Of a stretch of DNA of 64,000 nucleotides, positions 9,712 through 20,138 are shown piece by piece. Where the stretch lies: the IMG/VR virus record IMGVR_UViG_3300029258_004576; one strand, 5' to 3'. Within the stretch, counting starts at the first letter, position 1, and each line of letters opens with the position of its first letter. The translations under genes and the position numbers were made by a program. The notes under the pieces were generated by a model. The model saw nothing but the letters and a program-made list of their open reading frames with translations, did not search any database and had not been told where the DNA came from. The DNA is from a virus.

Positions 9712-10392
9712 TTATTTACCTCCAGTAGTGTTTTTGTCAGCTTCAGTATTAAGTTTACTATCTTTTTCCGGCTTTGTTGTATTTTCGTCTACTATTTCCT
9801 GCGGAAGTTGTTGCAAAACGCCTGTTTCGTCGTCATAGCCCCAATGGTTCATATAAATTCCATAATCTTCTTCGATCTCTCTTCTAACATTAGAGATCTT
9901 TCGCACAGATTTGCTTTGTGTCGCTTCCCATTGCTGAACAACCCCTGCCATCTCTTGCCTGAGTGCGATGATACGAGCTTCATACGCCGACCTTCGTACC
10001 TGTATTTGCAATGTCGCCTCTATGGCGCACTTCTCCAGATACATCAATTTGAAAACCCGAGCATCCTGGATAACACCTGTTGCTGCCTCGGCCAATCGTT
10101 CTAATCTCTTCTTCTCTTTGAGAGCTTCCTCTTCCGCTTTTGCTTTTTCCTCTTCCTCTTTTGCTTTTCTCTCTTTCTCTCTTTCCTCAGCTACGTTCAC
10201 CAAACCCTCACTCATAGATTTCTCATCCACGGGTTTCTCATCCACAGATTTCTCATCCACAGGCTGCTCAAAATCTAAGGCGGCATCTGTAGACTTCACA
10301 AGCTCCAAAGTCTTTCCCTTTTTCTTTTCCGCTTTCACATCCTTCATCTTGTTCTTCTTCGCTTTCGTTATGTGTTTCTTTTTCATGACCAT
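9712..10392 (-). CDS. Lys/Glu-rich coiled-coil protein
   Basis: Charged low-complexity N-terminal half and long predicted helices. Confidence 0.6.
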   Translation of the reverse strand: MVMKKKHITKAKKNKMKDVKAEKKKGKTLELVKSTDAALDFEQPVDEKSVDEKPVDEKSMSEGLVNVAEEREKERKAKEEEEKAKAEEEALKEKKRLERLAEAATGVIQDARVFKLMYLEKCAIEATLQIQVRRSAYEARIIALRQEMAGVVQQWEATQSKSVRKISNVRREIEEDYGIYMNHWGYDDETGVLQQLPQEIVDENTTKPEKDSKLNTEADKNTTGGK

Positions 10393-10405
10393 CGTTCTGC
10401 TCCTT

Positions 10406-10834
10406 CTAGCCTGAGTACCGAGTCATCGAGGCCACTCCGGACAACATCAACAGATCTTCAGCTACTGCTATCCCTATTTGTTGTGCCCAGAAATAATCCC
10501 CTGGCAATATCACCGGTACTTCATCCAATACATCTCCATCCTTGCCAACCAGAACCAACTGTCCTGGCGTCATTGCTGTAAATAAATCACATACTCCAAA
10601 CATCTGCATAACACCAACGGTAGGTGTCGATTTTGAAATTAATATACCAACGGCTGGCATCTTCGCTCGTTCCGACGGATCAGCTGTTTCAACCCTCCAC
10701 TTGCCATTTACTCGTACACCCCTGATACACATACAATTTCCCACGGCATCACCAGCAAGACATGCTACCTCAATCTTTTTAAGTAGGTAACGATTGTCCC
10801 CCCTGGCAATCGTAAGAGGGTTTAGCAATTCCAT
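10406..10834 (-). CDS. Stand-alone DUF2190/cement-like domain protein
   Basis: ADPS...PAVGIL...TPGQLVLVGKDG...QQIGIA resembles the C-terminal domain of 7795..9657. Confidence 0.5.
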   Translation of the reverse strand: MELLNPLTIARGDNRYLLKKIEVACLAGDAVGNCMCIRGVRVNGKWRVETADPSERAKMPAVGILISKSTPTVGVMQMFGVCDLFTAMTPGQLVLVGKDGDVLDEVPVILPGDYFWAQQIGIAVAEDLLMLSGVASMTRYSG

Positions 10835-10846
10835 GCATTCTCCAGT

Positions 10847-11182
10847 TCAGAAGCCAGTATTGAGAAGATTAGCTAGTCTCTCTCTCCGCCTTTCGCCGCT
10901 TGGATCACGACGAATATCTTCTAACATCCGTCGTTTGGTGTCCATCCTTGTACCAATTATTGCCTTCTCAATTCGGAAATCTGTTACCGCTTCCTGCACA
11001 TGCCTTGTCGCCTCAACCACCAAAGACGGTGCGTTCTCCCCTGGTGAATGCTCTATCTTTACACGTTTTTTACGATTCAAAATGTAAATACCACCCACTA
11101 AAATCGCGACGACAACAAGGATAATTACCCACCAAAATGTCCTCAATATATGCCATGCCATCTTGATAATTGGCATATTCAC
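10847..11182 (-). CDS. N-terminally anchored membrane protein (possible lysis accessory or spanin-like)
   Basis: One TM helix (FWWVIILVVVAILVGGIYIL) followed by an amphipathic tail; coupled to the holin-like gene. Confidence 0.5.
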   Translation of the reverse strand: MNMPIIKMAWHILRTFWWVIILVVVAILVGGIYILNRKKRVKIEHSPGENAPSLVVEATRHVQEAVTDFRIEKAIIGTRMDTKRRMLEDIRRDPSGERRRERLANLLNTGF

Positions 11183-11538
11183 CCCCCCTTGCGAATCGAT
11201 GGAACAATAGACTGTCGCTTCCTCTGTTGAGGGCTCCCCATAAGCACCTTGATTTTTTCACCCATCAACTCTCTAACGATCTCATAAGTACTCGACGATA
11301 ACGAACCAGTGACAGCACCAATAATAACTGACTGAGAAATGTTTTCCATCGGCTTTATCCCAGGAATCAACGCCAGCCCCGCTCCCACAGCTATCGGCAA
11401 AAACCGCAAGATGATCCGCCATACCTTCTTCGCCTCTATCTCATCCGGAACAGCCTGACGAATGATCCAGATAATCAATCCAGTCCCCAACAAAATCAAT
11501 ACCGTGTTCACATTGACAATCGCTTCGTAAACGCTCAT
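11179..11538 (-). CDS. Putative holin
   Basis: 119 aa with two to three TM helices and a basic C-terminal tail. Confidence 0.5.
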   Translation of the reverse strand: MSVYEAIVNVNTVLILLGTGLIIWIIRQAVPDEIEAKKVWRIILRFLPIAVGAGLALIPGIKPMENISQSVIIGAVTGSLSSSTYEIVRELMGEKIKVLMGSPQQRKRQSIVPSIRKGG

Positions 11539-11741
11539 CTCTTTTCTCCATTCTTTTGCGGAAAATCCTCCTCGTACATCGTCTCAGCTTTTTCAATTAT
11601 CGCCTCTGAAATAAGCTGTTGTACCGTCTTCCTTCTCTTCTCACCTGCCTTTTCCAAAATATCCATCAAACGTCCATGCAATACCATGGAAACAAACTTG
11701 ACGTCTTGATCATTGCCAGAAATTATTTCTCGTACACTCAT
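11535..11741 (-). CDS. Ribbon-helix-helix-like small DNA-binding protein
   Basis: VKFVSMVLHGRLMDILEKAGEKRRKTVQQLISEAI fits the strand-helix-helix pattern. Confidence 0.5.
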   Translation of the reverse strand: MSVREIISGNDQDVKFVSMVLHGRLMDILEKAGEKRRKTVQQLISEAIIEKAETMYEEDFPQKNGEKR

Positions 11742-12412
11742 TTTGAGGGCTTCCTGGTATATGCACTCGCCATGTCCAAAAAATCACTCCGACCATAAGG
11801 ATAGATACCCTGGCCAATCTGCATCACCTCGTTGAAAGCCAAGGACACACTGGCTTTTCTAACTGTTCCATCCTGAAACCAGTTTGACCGAGTAACACCC
11901 ACCTCAGTCAAGATGCAATGTACTCCACCACCCTCTGTATTCTGTGGCTGAGAAGCTACCAGGTTATACCCCATCTTCGTCCCTACAGCGTGTAACCACA
12001 AGATAGGAGGAGCTACCGCTGTTAACCCAGCATCGCCTATCTCTACATAATCGTTCGAAGCAAGCATCCTCAACCATGCAATCGCAGCATCGATGTCGAC
12101 GTTGTACTTGTCTTCCTCAACATCCTTCCCAATCTCCCCATTCATGTCCCGAGTAAAAACCGCTGTCAAACTAAACGACCGCTCACTACCACTAACCCAC
12201 TGATACATCGGTAACGGAGCCCCAGGTATACTCCGGCTTTGCCATTCTGCACTCTTGGAATCCTCTATGCTGTCGGGATAAAACTGAAGTACCCTCGCTC
12301 CACCCAAATCTTCGTCAATCTTACCTTCGTCGTCCAACGGAGCAATTATCAACTCAGCTACTTTTTTGTGTAACTTAAAGTCGCCTGAAAACGCTGAAAG
12401 CGGTCCTGCCAT
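11738..12412 (-). CDS. Baseplate tube-initiator (CIS tube / gp48-gp54-like) protein
   Basis: LQFYPDSIEDSKSAEW...IPG...YQWVSGSERSFSLTAVF motif and C-terminal RKASVSLAFNE. Confidence 0.7.
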   Translation of the reverse strand: MAGPLSAFSGDFKLHKKVAELIIAPLDDEGKIDEDLGGARVLQFYPDSIEDSKSAEWQSRSIPGAPLPMYQWVSGSERSFSLTAVFTRDMNGEIGKDVEEDKYNVDIDAAIAWLRMLASNDYVEIGDAGLTAVAPPILWLHAVGTKMGYNLVASQPQNTEGGGVHCILTEVGVTRSNWFQDGTVRKASVSLAFNEVMQIGQGIYPYGRSDFLDMASAYTRKPSK

Positions 12413-12425
12413 CTCGCCATCCTCC

Positions 12426-12695
12426 CTACCCGGTTTTGTTCAACACTGCATCTCGACGTTTTCTCTCCGCCGATACTAAAACATCGGTATAGACGTCCAT
12501 CTGTGCAGTTGCTTTTGCCAACTCCTCCTTAGCTTTATTAAAATTCTCCCCATGCTTTTGCATATCTTCAACCAGAGTCTTAAACTTGTTACCCGTCTCT
12601 CGGAATTTTTTTGCAACATTCTCCTCTACACCTGTCAATTCAATCTCACTCTCTGCAATCGTTTTCAAATAATCACGTATCTCTTTGTCGTTCAT
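12426..12695 (-). CDS. Small coiled-coil protein (possible fibre chaperone)
   Basis: 89 aa, all helical, directly downstream of a fibre gene. Confidence 0.55.
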   Translation of the reverse strand: MNDKEIRDYLKTIAESEIELTGVEENVAKKFRETGNKFKTLVEDMQKHGENFNKAKEELAKATAQMDVYTDVLVSAERKRRDAVLNKTG

Positions 12696-12707
12696 CCTAT
12701 CCTCCTT

Positions 12708-15191
12708 CTATGGTCTAAAACCTACTTGAGAAATCACCCTTATCTGACTACCCATACTACCACCATCGTCGTCTTCCACCGGAATCATAAGCATATTAAA
12801 TCCGTCAAATAAAAATTTTCCCACTTGTACCAATGATGGACTGAGTCCTTGAGCTTCCGTAGGAGCACTTATGACTTCCATATGCGTGCATGAAGGGTTT
12901 GTACCAGAAGGTACAATATATGAACTACCAACAGGGAAACTTCGAGCCAAAACATGATAAGCATAACCAGTTCCTGGATCTAAATCTTCAATACCATTGA
13001 CCCAAATCCGCTTTCCGTCATAGCCCATGTGTATTATGCCGTCCTTAAAAGTAGTTTCAAATATTTTACCCTGATTTGCTGTCCCACCTAAATGCGCTCC
13101 ATAGACTGTGTTATACACTGACCAATACAACATATCACCTGTCCAAATTAAATCATTCGTATATTCATCGGAGGCAGGTTGTGCAATTTTCACATAAGCA
13201 GTATTCAATGTAGCAATATCTATCCTATGAATTGTAAAATCTGACGTGTCATCCATCGACGCAAAATACAAATTTGTACCATCCGACTCCAAGGCACCAA
13301 TGTAATGTTCACCCAATGTCGTAATCGTCGTCTGACCTGATCTCTCTAAAAGATTTCCACCATCCGCAGCATCAAACACCGAAAGCAACGGATCTGATTC
13401 ATCGTATGTCGTCGTTATCCATGAATTAACACAAGCAACTCTCGTCGGAGTCGCCATAATAATCCTAAAAGGATGACACCGATCCAGGACACCTGAATCG
13501 AAATCTGCATCTGCTGCTGCTGCTCCAATTTGGATACCAGCCGAACCCCAACCTGATTTCAAACCCGTTATGGTCTTGTTAGCCCCGCCACATTGAAATG
13601 CAAAAACTCGATGTTCGTACTGATCAGTAACATCCATTTTTGTAGCTTGAACAAACAGCGCACCATTACCATCTGCACAGATAGAATCAAACCGCCAATC
13701 TCCAGCTGTTATAAGAGAGCCACTTATACTTGCTGTGAGCCCAGTCTCAAGAGAGTCTCCATAATAAATCGTGCCGTACATGCCGTCATCTATACCAACG
13801 GCAAAAATTCGATCTCTGCCTTCCACACACATGTAAGCCATATCAACAAGAAGTTCATGATTTGAACCCGCTGTTATTTCTCGTTTGTTACCTGTTGACC
13901 AAGCACAAGCTTTACCATGTGAGTCAACCGCCGGAACACGCCATGCGTTTTGAGATATTTCCACCTTTGTCATCTCTTTGGGAGCAGTCCCACCAGAAAT
14001 AGAAGAACATTGAAGCTGATCCCCTCGCGTCCTTCTCGCGTAAAGAAGATCCCAACCTTGGCCTTCTGCACCCAAATCATAAGTATCGTCAGTACTTGGA
14101 GTTAAACCCCCTGTGATTTCTCCTCCAATAACAATGTTAGCTATGTACAAATCCTTCCAACGATAACTAGAGTTACCAAGATCCAACGTACCATTGCTAT
14201 ACGGTACCAAATTAGTCCGAAAACCCTTCCCTGCTGCATCACTCAAATCAATGGAATTCACATATATCGTTCTCCATCGCTTTGAAGAAGCATCGCTACC
14301 AAAATCACAAAAATCATCTATTATCGGATATAAATGAGCACAACCTTTTCCAGCATCCCCCGAAGCTACTACATCCAAATAATTTAAAACATTCGCTATA
14401 CCAGTAGTCAGACTCGTTGAAAGATAAAGACTCTGCCACCTGTTGACTGCATCTCCAAGATCATAAATATCAGGCGTGACTGGGATGAGATCCCTGTCCA
14501 ATACAGGCAAAGAATCTTTGGTCAAAAAAGGATTCGTTGCTGTAGCAACCGGAGAAGCCGCATTCATCGCTCTCTTGTGATCACTAGACGGGACATTCCA
14601 TGCCTCTTCCCCTGTCAAAAAACCAAAATACTGATCGTCAGCAACGTAAGCTCCGTCCTCACGCTTGGTCGGAAAAGGTAGGGTCATCACATCTGTAGAG
14701 ATATACGAATTTATGATAGTGGTAGCACCAGCAGGCATCGTTATTTGAGCCAACATGATCGCATCGTCTGGTACGGGATCTCCACTCAACGTTACATGGT
14801 AAGTCCCAGACGTTGCAGAACTCACGCTGTATGAAACATCCGCCCAAACATTCCAAATCTCTCCACCAGCTGGTATCTCCGTATTGCCGTTGGCTGTAAA
14901 TCGACCAGCCATATTGAAACTCGGCTCAGTGTTTTCCCGCACCACTACCGCAAATCCATCCGCCCGATCCCAGTACACCAAAGTACTGTCTGGATCCTTG
15001 CCCGCTAAAATCGGATCTATTTCTAAAGCGAAATACTTGTTCGGAGTCGCTGAAGCACGAGCGATAAACCCTCGATACACACCACGAGGAATTGTAGAAT
15101 GTGCAGTGTTTACCGCCTCACTGACGTAAGGCTCCTCCCACCGAACTTTCATCTTGCTCAGACTGATACTCGCACTCTGTAGATCTGCCAT
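12708..15191 (-). CDS. Tail fibre / receptor-binding protein
   Basis: Four P-x(4-5)-Y/xDLG-x(4)-RW-x-x-LY shaft repeats followed by a long beta-rich C-terminal domain. Confidence 0.7.
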   Translation of the reverse strand: MADLQSASISLSKMKVRWEEPYVSEAVNTAHSTIPRGVYRGFIARASATPNKYFALEIDPILAGKDPDSTLVYWDRADGFAVVVRENTEPSFNMAGRFTANGNTEIPAGGEIWNVWADVSYSVSSATSGTYHVTLSGDPVPDDAIMLAQITMPAGATTIINSYISTDVMTLPFPTKREDGAYVADDQYFGFLTGEEAWNVPSSDHKRAMNAASPVATATNPFLTKDSLPVLDRDLIPVTPDIYDLGDAVNRWQSLYLSTSLTTGIANVLNYLDVVASGDAGKGCAHLYPIIDDFCDFGSDASSKRWRTIYVNSIDLSDAAGKGFRTNLVPYSNGTLDLGNSSYRWKDLYIANIVIGGEITGGLTPSTDDTYDLGAEGQGWDLLYARRTRGDQLQCSSISGGTAPKEMTKVEISQNAWRVPAVDSHGKACAWSTGNKREITAGSNHELLVDMAYMCVEGRDRIFAVGIDDGMYGTIYYGDSLETGLTASISGSLITAGDWRFDSICADGNGALFVQATKMDVTDQYEHRVFAFQCGGANKTITGLKSGWGSAGIQIGAAAADADFDSGVLDRCHPFRIIMATPTRVACVNSWITTTYDESDPLLSVFDAADGGNLLERSGQTTITTLGEHYIGALESDGTNLYFASMDDTSDFTIHRIDIATLNTAYVKIAQPASDEYTNDLIWTGDMLYWSVYNTVYGAHLGGTANQGKIFETTFKDGIIHMGYDGKRIWVNGIEDLDPGTGYAYHVLARSFPVGSSYIVPSGTNPSCTHMEVISAPTEAQGLSPSLVQVGKFLFDGFNMLMIPVEDDDGGSMGSQIRVISQVGFRP

Positions 15192-15201
15192 GTCCTACTC
15201 C

Positions 15202-16413
15202 TTAGATTACCATATCAACAGTATGCTCGATCTCTACCGAACCTGTCTTTCGCTCTTTGTCAAAAGTGAAATAAGCTATCAATACGTCGTTATCATCAAA
15301 AACACCCCCCTCGAAATAGAAAGGAGTGCCGCCATAAGTCAAAGCCCTTCCGTCATCTATTCCCTCAACCAACTGCAACTTGATATGACAACGAATCGTT
15401 CCGTAACCAGTACCTCGGAATTCTATATAATTATCTGCATCCGCCCCAAACAACTTGGTAAACGTATAAAACTCTGGATTGCCATCCGCTGCCACACCAG
15501 ACAACGTCCCGTCTACCGTGGCATCCGGTATCGGCTCACTGACCTCGATATAAGTATTGCCACCCACCTCTGTCGCAGCCACAAAAGTGTACAACCCATC
15601 GTTCCCTGTCGAACCGTCGATCTTTATCTTTGGTACACCGGCAAATGAAGCAGCAAATAGTCCGGCTACGTAGAATTCTTTGCTCCCCTGATCTACCCCT
15701 GTGACAGCATGTTCTTTCGAAGACTCCAAATCAGTATACGCCAACCCACCAGCTGCGCTCTTTGCCCGATCACGATATTTAAAACGTACCCTAACAATGT
15801 TCCCCGCTAATACGTTTGAGGTGAACTCAGCCGTCAGCTCACCCGACTTATAGTTAATCGTACCCGAACCATCACCTGTCAGTGCACCCGTCCCTGTGGT
15901 GTCTGTGAGCGACTGTACGACCACAAACGCTGGCGTGACCTCCTCCACAACAAGAGGAAAATGCATCGCATCAGACGTCGGTCCAGCTGCTACAGGGCGA
16001 TGATCAACATACAACTCTCCATCAGCCGCAGCACTCGGTATCGTCTCCTCGACTACCAGCCTGGTGTTACCACCAACTTCCGTTGCACCACCAACTGCAA
16101 TCGTGTATATGCCATCATTCGAAGTGGAACCCTCTACTTTGATCCTCGCATAATCAGGAAAGAAACTCGCGTGCTCCCCTGCTATCTGAAAATAATTGGA
16201 ACCCAAATCAACAACAATGATAGAAAAATCATCACCAGATATTGTCCAGGGATATGACTTCACACCTCCAGCTGCACTTGCATCAATAACCTCTGTCGTC
16301 TCACCAGACAGAAGGAAACCACCCTCACCCAACTTGAAATACGAAATCCGAGCCCGAAGTATTTCTACCATCTCGTCTCGACCAACAGTTGTGAACACCA
16401 CACTCCCGCTCAT
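15202..16413 (-). CDS. Baseplate fibre-attachment protein (DUF3751 / P2 gpH N-terminal-like) with inserted domains
   Basis: FTTVGRDEM...YFKLGEGG and EGGVFDDNDVLIAY...K flank a duplicated GST.NDG.YT...ATEVGGNT unit. Confidence 0.6.
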   Translation of the reverse strand: MSGSVVFTTVGRDEMVEILRARISYFKLGEGGFLLSGETTEVIDASAAGGVKSYPWTISGDDFSIIVVDLGSNYFQIAGEHASFFPDYARIKVEGSTSNDGIYTIAVGGATEVGGNTRLVVEETIPSAAADGELYVDHRPVAAGPTSDAMHFPLVVEEVTPAFVVVQSLTDTTGTGALTGDGSGTINYKSGELTAEFTSNVLAGNIVRVRFKYRDRAKSAAGGLAYTDLESSKEHAVTGVDQGSKEFYVAGLFAASFAGVPKIKIDGSTGNDGLYTFVAATEVGGNTYIEVSEPIPDATVDGTLSGVAADGNPEFYTFTKLFGADADNYIEFRGTGYGTIRCHIKLQLVEGIDDGRALTYGGTPFYFEGGVFDDNDVLIAYFTFDKERKTGSVEIEHTVDMVI

Positions 16414-16429
16414 TTGCTAATCTCCTTAT

Positions 16430-16978
16430 CTACCATGACGTGTCATCCAATAATGGCCGAAGTCCAACACTGTCAACCGGATATGCATCAGCAGCATTTA
16501 AGTCAAAACGATACCCTATGGACATCGTGAAAGATTCAGAAATCAAAATGCTCTTTATCTCTACATGGATCGGTAAGATGTCTCTTCTGATCTTCTCAAA
16601 CAAACGACTCCAGGCATCTGCAATCGTGTATTCGCTCGACCCAGAAATGCTGGCAGGAGTAATATCCAACCGAATGTAATGAGTCTTGCACGCACCACAA
16701 TCATCCGCACATCCACCCTCTACCGGAGTGTAATCAGCTTTTACCGGAGTACCACTGGTAGGCAACGTCCCAGAAAAATCAAAACTCACATGTCCATAAT
16801 CGTAATCAACTCTCCCCGCACCATCACCTGTTAACAACCCTGCACCATCGTCAACAAGAGTCTTGTCATTTATCCCATCCAAAGCTGTGATAATCACAGA
16901 CCCTGGCTTGACTGGCCAACATGCCAGACGTCCTTGTATCGAATAAGATGTGACTCCAAAACTCCAATAAAAAGACAT
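16430..16978 (-). CDS. Baseplate protein resembling the C-terminal half of a tail protein I
   Basis: Shared PVKPGSV...DDGAGLLTGDGAGRVDY domain, then CKTHYIRLDI...DILPIHVE. Confidence 0.55.
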   Translation of the reverse strand: MSFYWSFGVTSYSIQGRLACWPVKPGSVIITALDGINDKTLVDDGAGLLTGDGAGRVDYDYGHVSFDFSGTLPTSGTPVKADYTPVEGGCADDCGACKTHYIRLDITPASISGSSEYTIADAWSRLFEKIRRDILPIHVEIKSILISESFTMSIGYRFDLNAADAYPVDSVGLRPLLDDTSW

Positions 16979-16988
16979 CTATTTGTCC

Positions 16989-17423
16989 TCACCATTCAAT
17001 GACAGTTTCCTTCGTCGCTTCCTCACCGTATTCGTCATACGCAGTTACCCTCACCCTGATCTCTTGCTCCGCTGGCCAGTTGCTAGTTTTGTGGATGCAC
17101 ACCCCGAACTCTTGAGGATCGCCTTGCTGTGGATCGATCTTACTGTATGACCCATTATACGGAGCTACAAAAACTCCATTGGCAAAAGCATCCGCATACA
17201 ACACCCCGCTGTCCTCGCTAACTTCTATCAACAAACCAGAACCGCTTTCCCACTGCACAGCACTCGAAAAACAATAAAGAGAAAAACGGATAACTACTTC
17301 ATAAATCAATATGCCAGTAGCTCCATCAGAAGGTGTAGATTCAAAAAACCGAGGCTCGTATTCCGATATTGCCTGTCCATAAGCATATCGTCCAAAACCT
17401 ACACACCCGAAACCTCCACCCAT
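16989..17423 (-). CDS. Ig-like virion protein
   Basis: PRFFESTPSDGATG...VIRF Ig-like start; N-terminal GFG-x3-FG motif shared with 23842..24318. Confidence 0.55.
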   Translation of the reverse strand: MGGGFGCVGFGRYAYGQAISEYEPRFFESTPSDGATGILIYEVVIRFSLYCFSSAVQWESGSGLLIEVSEDSGVLYADAFANGVFVAPYNGSYSKIDPQQGDPQEFGVCIHKTSNWPAEQEIRVRVTAYDEYGEEATKETVIEW

Positions 17424-17425
17424 GA

Positions 17426-20128
17426 CTACAACCTCTCTACTTTCATTCGAGAATATACCTCAACCACTGACCAATCTGATGCAAGCCCCATCCCAACATC
17501 TGCCATTGTTACTTCACATCGATGTTGAAGCTTGTAAGTCTTACTGGATGACTCAGCTGTCAAATCTACAACGTAGTCGCCCTTACTAGTAGTTGATGAC
17601 TTTGGACTAGTGGTATTTGAATACGCTGATTCACCTATGTGTTCATCTGCTGTATCTGTCACATTGTACAACTTCGCCTTGTGCCTGGACGTCAAATACC
17701 CTGGACAACAATATGACACTAGATATTTATACCCCGGTGACAACGTTACCTGATTCGAACTTAACGTAATACCTGTAGCTGAAACAACTGTTGTATTCAA
17801 CGTCCGATCTTGCCACGATCCAGAAGTGAACGTGCCACCGTGTGTACCAGCTGCTTTCTGATCCTCGAATATAGCTACTTTTCGCTCTTCAACTACTGCT
17901 GCCATTGGGTCGATTACAACAACCTTTGTCCCAACACCAAAACCATTCGCAACGGAACTCAAACTCATTCCGCTCAAGTCAGTAACAGAACCACTGACTT
18001 TTATTATTGATCTTGCCGTAACTTCAGGTGTACCTGCTGTAGCTTGCAAAGTATGCGTCGTTCTCGCCCAAAACTCACCATCTATAACAGCCAACTCTAC
18101 TTTGAGATGAGCCTTTTCGCTGGCTTTCGTGTTGCACATCAACGAATTCGATGCAGTATTAGACGACGCTGTCGACCCATTACCCCATAAATACGTAGCT
18201 CTGTAATTTGAATCAGTAGTATCGCTGTTCACATATATTCTAATGTCCGCAAAAGATGCACTTCCATTAATATGATCGAGATACATCACCGCTCGTGTCA
18301 CACCAGCCAACCCAGTAACACTAATACTATTCGTAGCAGATGATATTTCAGTTTCGAAAAGCTTATTCGACCCGCCTGCTGGCAAATTGCCAAGCTGTAC
18401 TTTTTTCTTGTTATTCGAATCGGCACTATCCTCTATTAAAACCAAATCGCCACTAACAGGAGTCGTTTTCTCAGTGATCGCATTTATCTCAGCCGCAATA
18501 TTGTCATGAATCGCATCAGCATCTGATCCCGTTGGGAGGTTGCCTACTTGAACCCGCTTCTTGTTGTTGGAATCAGCACTGTCCTCAATCAAAAGAAGAT
18601 CACCACTTACAGGTGTCGCTTTCTCAGTAACAGCTGAAATCTCAGATGCAACATTATCATGAATAGCATCAGCATCTGATCCCGTTGGGAGGTTGCCTAC
18701 CTGAACTCTCTTCTTGTTATTCGAATCGGCACTGTCCTCAATCAAAAGAAGATCACCACTTACAGGTGTCGCTTTCTCAGTGACTGCACTTATTTCAGAT
18801 GCCACGTTGTCGTGAATAGCATCAGCATCTGATCCTGTCGGTAATGTTCCAATGGTTACTCGCTTCTTGTTGTTTGAATCAGCGCTGTCTTCTATCAACA
18901 GCATGTCTGCACTAACGGGTACTGGCTTTGCGCTTATTGCTGAAATTTCAGATGCGACGTTATCGTGAATCGCATCTGAATCCGTGCTTGGAAGATTGCC
19001 TACTTGAACACGCTTTTTTACATGAGACGCTTCACTGTCTTCAACCAAAACCAAATCTGCACTTACAGGTACTGGCTTTGCGCTTACAGCTAAAATCTCA
19101 CCAGCGACGTTGTCATGAATCGCATCTGAATCTGAAACCGGAAGATTTCCAATTTGTGCTCGCTTTTTGTTATTCGAATCGGCACTGTCCTCAATCAAAA
19201 CCAAATCAGCACTGACGGGTGCTGGCTTCTCAGTAATCGCTGAAATCTCAGCTGCAACGTTGTCGTGAATGGCATCCACGTCTGCCCCTGTTGGCAAATT
19301 ACCAATTTCGACCATCTTCTTAGCATTGCCAGCAGCACTATCCTCAATCAGAAGCATATCAGCACTTACAGGCGTTGCTTTCTCAGTAATTGCTGAAATC
19401 TCCGCTGCGACATTGTCATGAATGGCATCTGCATCACCAGGCAAGTTGCCTACCTGAACCCGCTTCTTGTTGTTGGAATCAGCACTGTCCTCAATCAAAA
19501 GAAGATCACCACTTACAGGTGTCGCCTTCTCAGTAACAGCTGAAATCTCAGATGCGACGTTGTCATGAATGGCATCAGTATCTGATCCTGTTGGAAGATT
19601 ACCTACTTGAACCCGCTTCTTGTTGTTCGAGTCAGCACTGTCCTCAATCAAAAGAAGATCACCACTTACAGGTGTCGCTTTCTCAGTAACAGCTGAAATC
19701 TCAGATGCAACATTATCATGAATAGCATCCGGATCTGTCCCACTTCCACCAGGAAGATTGCCTACTTGAACCCGCTTCTTATTGTTCGAGTCAGCACTAT
19801 CCTCAATCAAAAGAAGATCACCACTTACAGGTGTCGCTTTCTCGGTAACAGCTGAAATCTCAGATGCAACATTGTTATGAATAACCTCTGAATCATATGC
19901 CAACCCTTCGCCATCCCATTTGATTTTGCCACTGTGATTATAAAGCTTGCCAGTAGTGGTCGAGGGCGGACTAGAAACCAACAACAACTCCAGTGAATCA
20001 GGGTGCACCGTACAAACATAATCAGCTGTTACCGATGCATCTGGCCGAAACTTGATTGAAGCACTGATAAAATCAAAAGTGCCAGACTTCCAATTGATCT
20101 GATTTCTTGCTGTTGAAAGAGGCGGCAT
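17426..20128 (-). CDS. Long fibre protein with ten ~50-aa tandem repeats
   Basis: Repeat DAIHDNVASEISAVTEKATPVSGDLLLIEDSADSNNKKRVQVGNLP; two beta-rich C-terminal domains. Confidence 0.75.
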   Translation of the reverse strand: MPPLSTARNQINWKSGTFDFISASIKFRPDASVTADYVCTVHPDSLELLLVSSPPSTTTGKLYNHSGKIKWDGEGLAYDSEVIHNNVASEISAVTEKATPVSGDLLLIEDSADSNNKKRVQVGNLPGGSGTDPDAIHDNVASEISAVTEKATPVSGDLLLIEDSADSNNKKRVQVGNLPTGSDTDAIHDNVASEISAVTEKATPVSGDLLLIEDSADSNNKKRVQVGNLPGDADAIHDNVAAEISAITEKATPVSADMLLIEDSAAGNAKKMVEIGNLPTGADVDAIHDNVAAEISAITEKPAPVSADLVLIEDSADSNNKKRAQIGNLPVSDSDAIHDNVAGEILAVSAKPVPVSADLVLVEDSEASHVKKRVQVGNLPSTDSDAIHDNVASEISAISAKPVPVSADMLLIEDSADSNNKKRVTIGTLPTGSDADAIHDNVASEISAVTEKATPVSGDLLLIEDSADSNNKKRVQVGNLPTGSDADAIHDNVASEISAVTEKATPVSGDLLLIEDSADSNNKKRVQVGNLPTGSDADAIHDNIAAEINAITEKTTPVSGDLVLIEDSADSNNKKKVQLGNLPAGGSNKLFETEISSATNSISVTGLAGVTRAVMYLDHINGSASFADIRIYVNSDTTDSNYRATYLWGNGSTASSNTASNSLMCNTKASEKAHLKVELAVIDGEFWARTTHTLQATAGTPEVTARSIIKVSGSVTDLSGMSLSSVANGFGVGTKVVVIDPMAAVVEERKVAIFEDQKAAGTHGGTFTSGSWQDRTLNTTVVSATGITLSSNQVTLSPGYKYLVSYCCPGYLTSRHKAKLYNVTDTADEHIGESAYSNTTSPKSSTTSKGDYVVDLTAESSSKTYKLQHRCEVTMADVGMGLASDWSVVEVYSRMKVERL
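18380..19888 (-). repeat. Coding tandem repeat, 10 units of ~150 bp
   Basis: Units counted in the translation; several are near-identical at DNA level. Confidence 0.9.
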
Positions 20129-20138
20129 TTTTCACTCC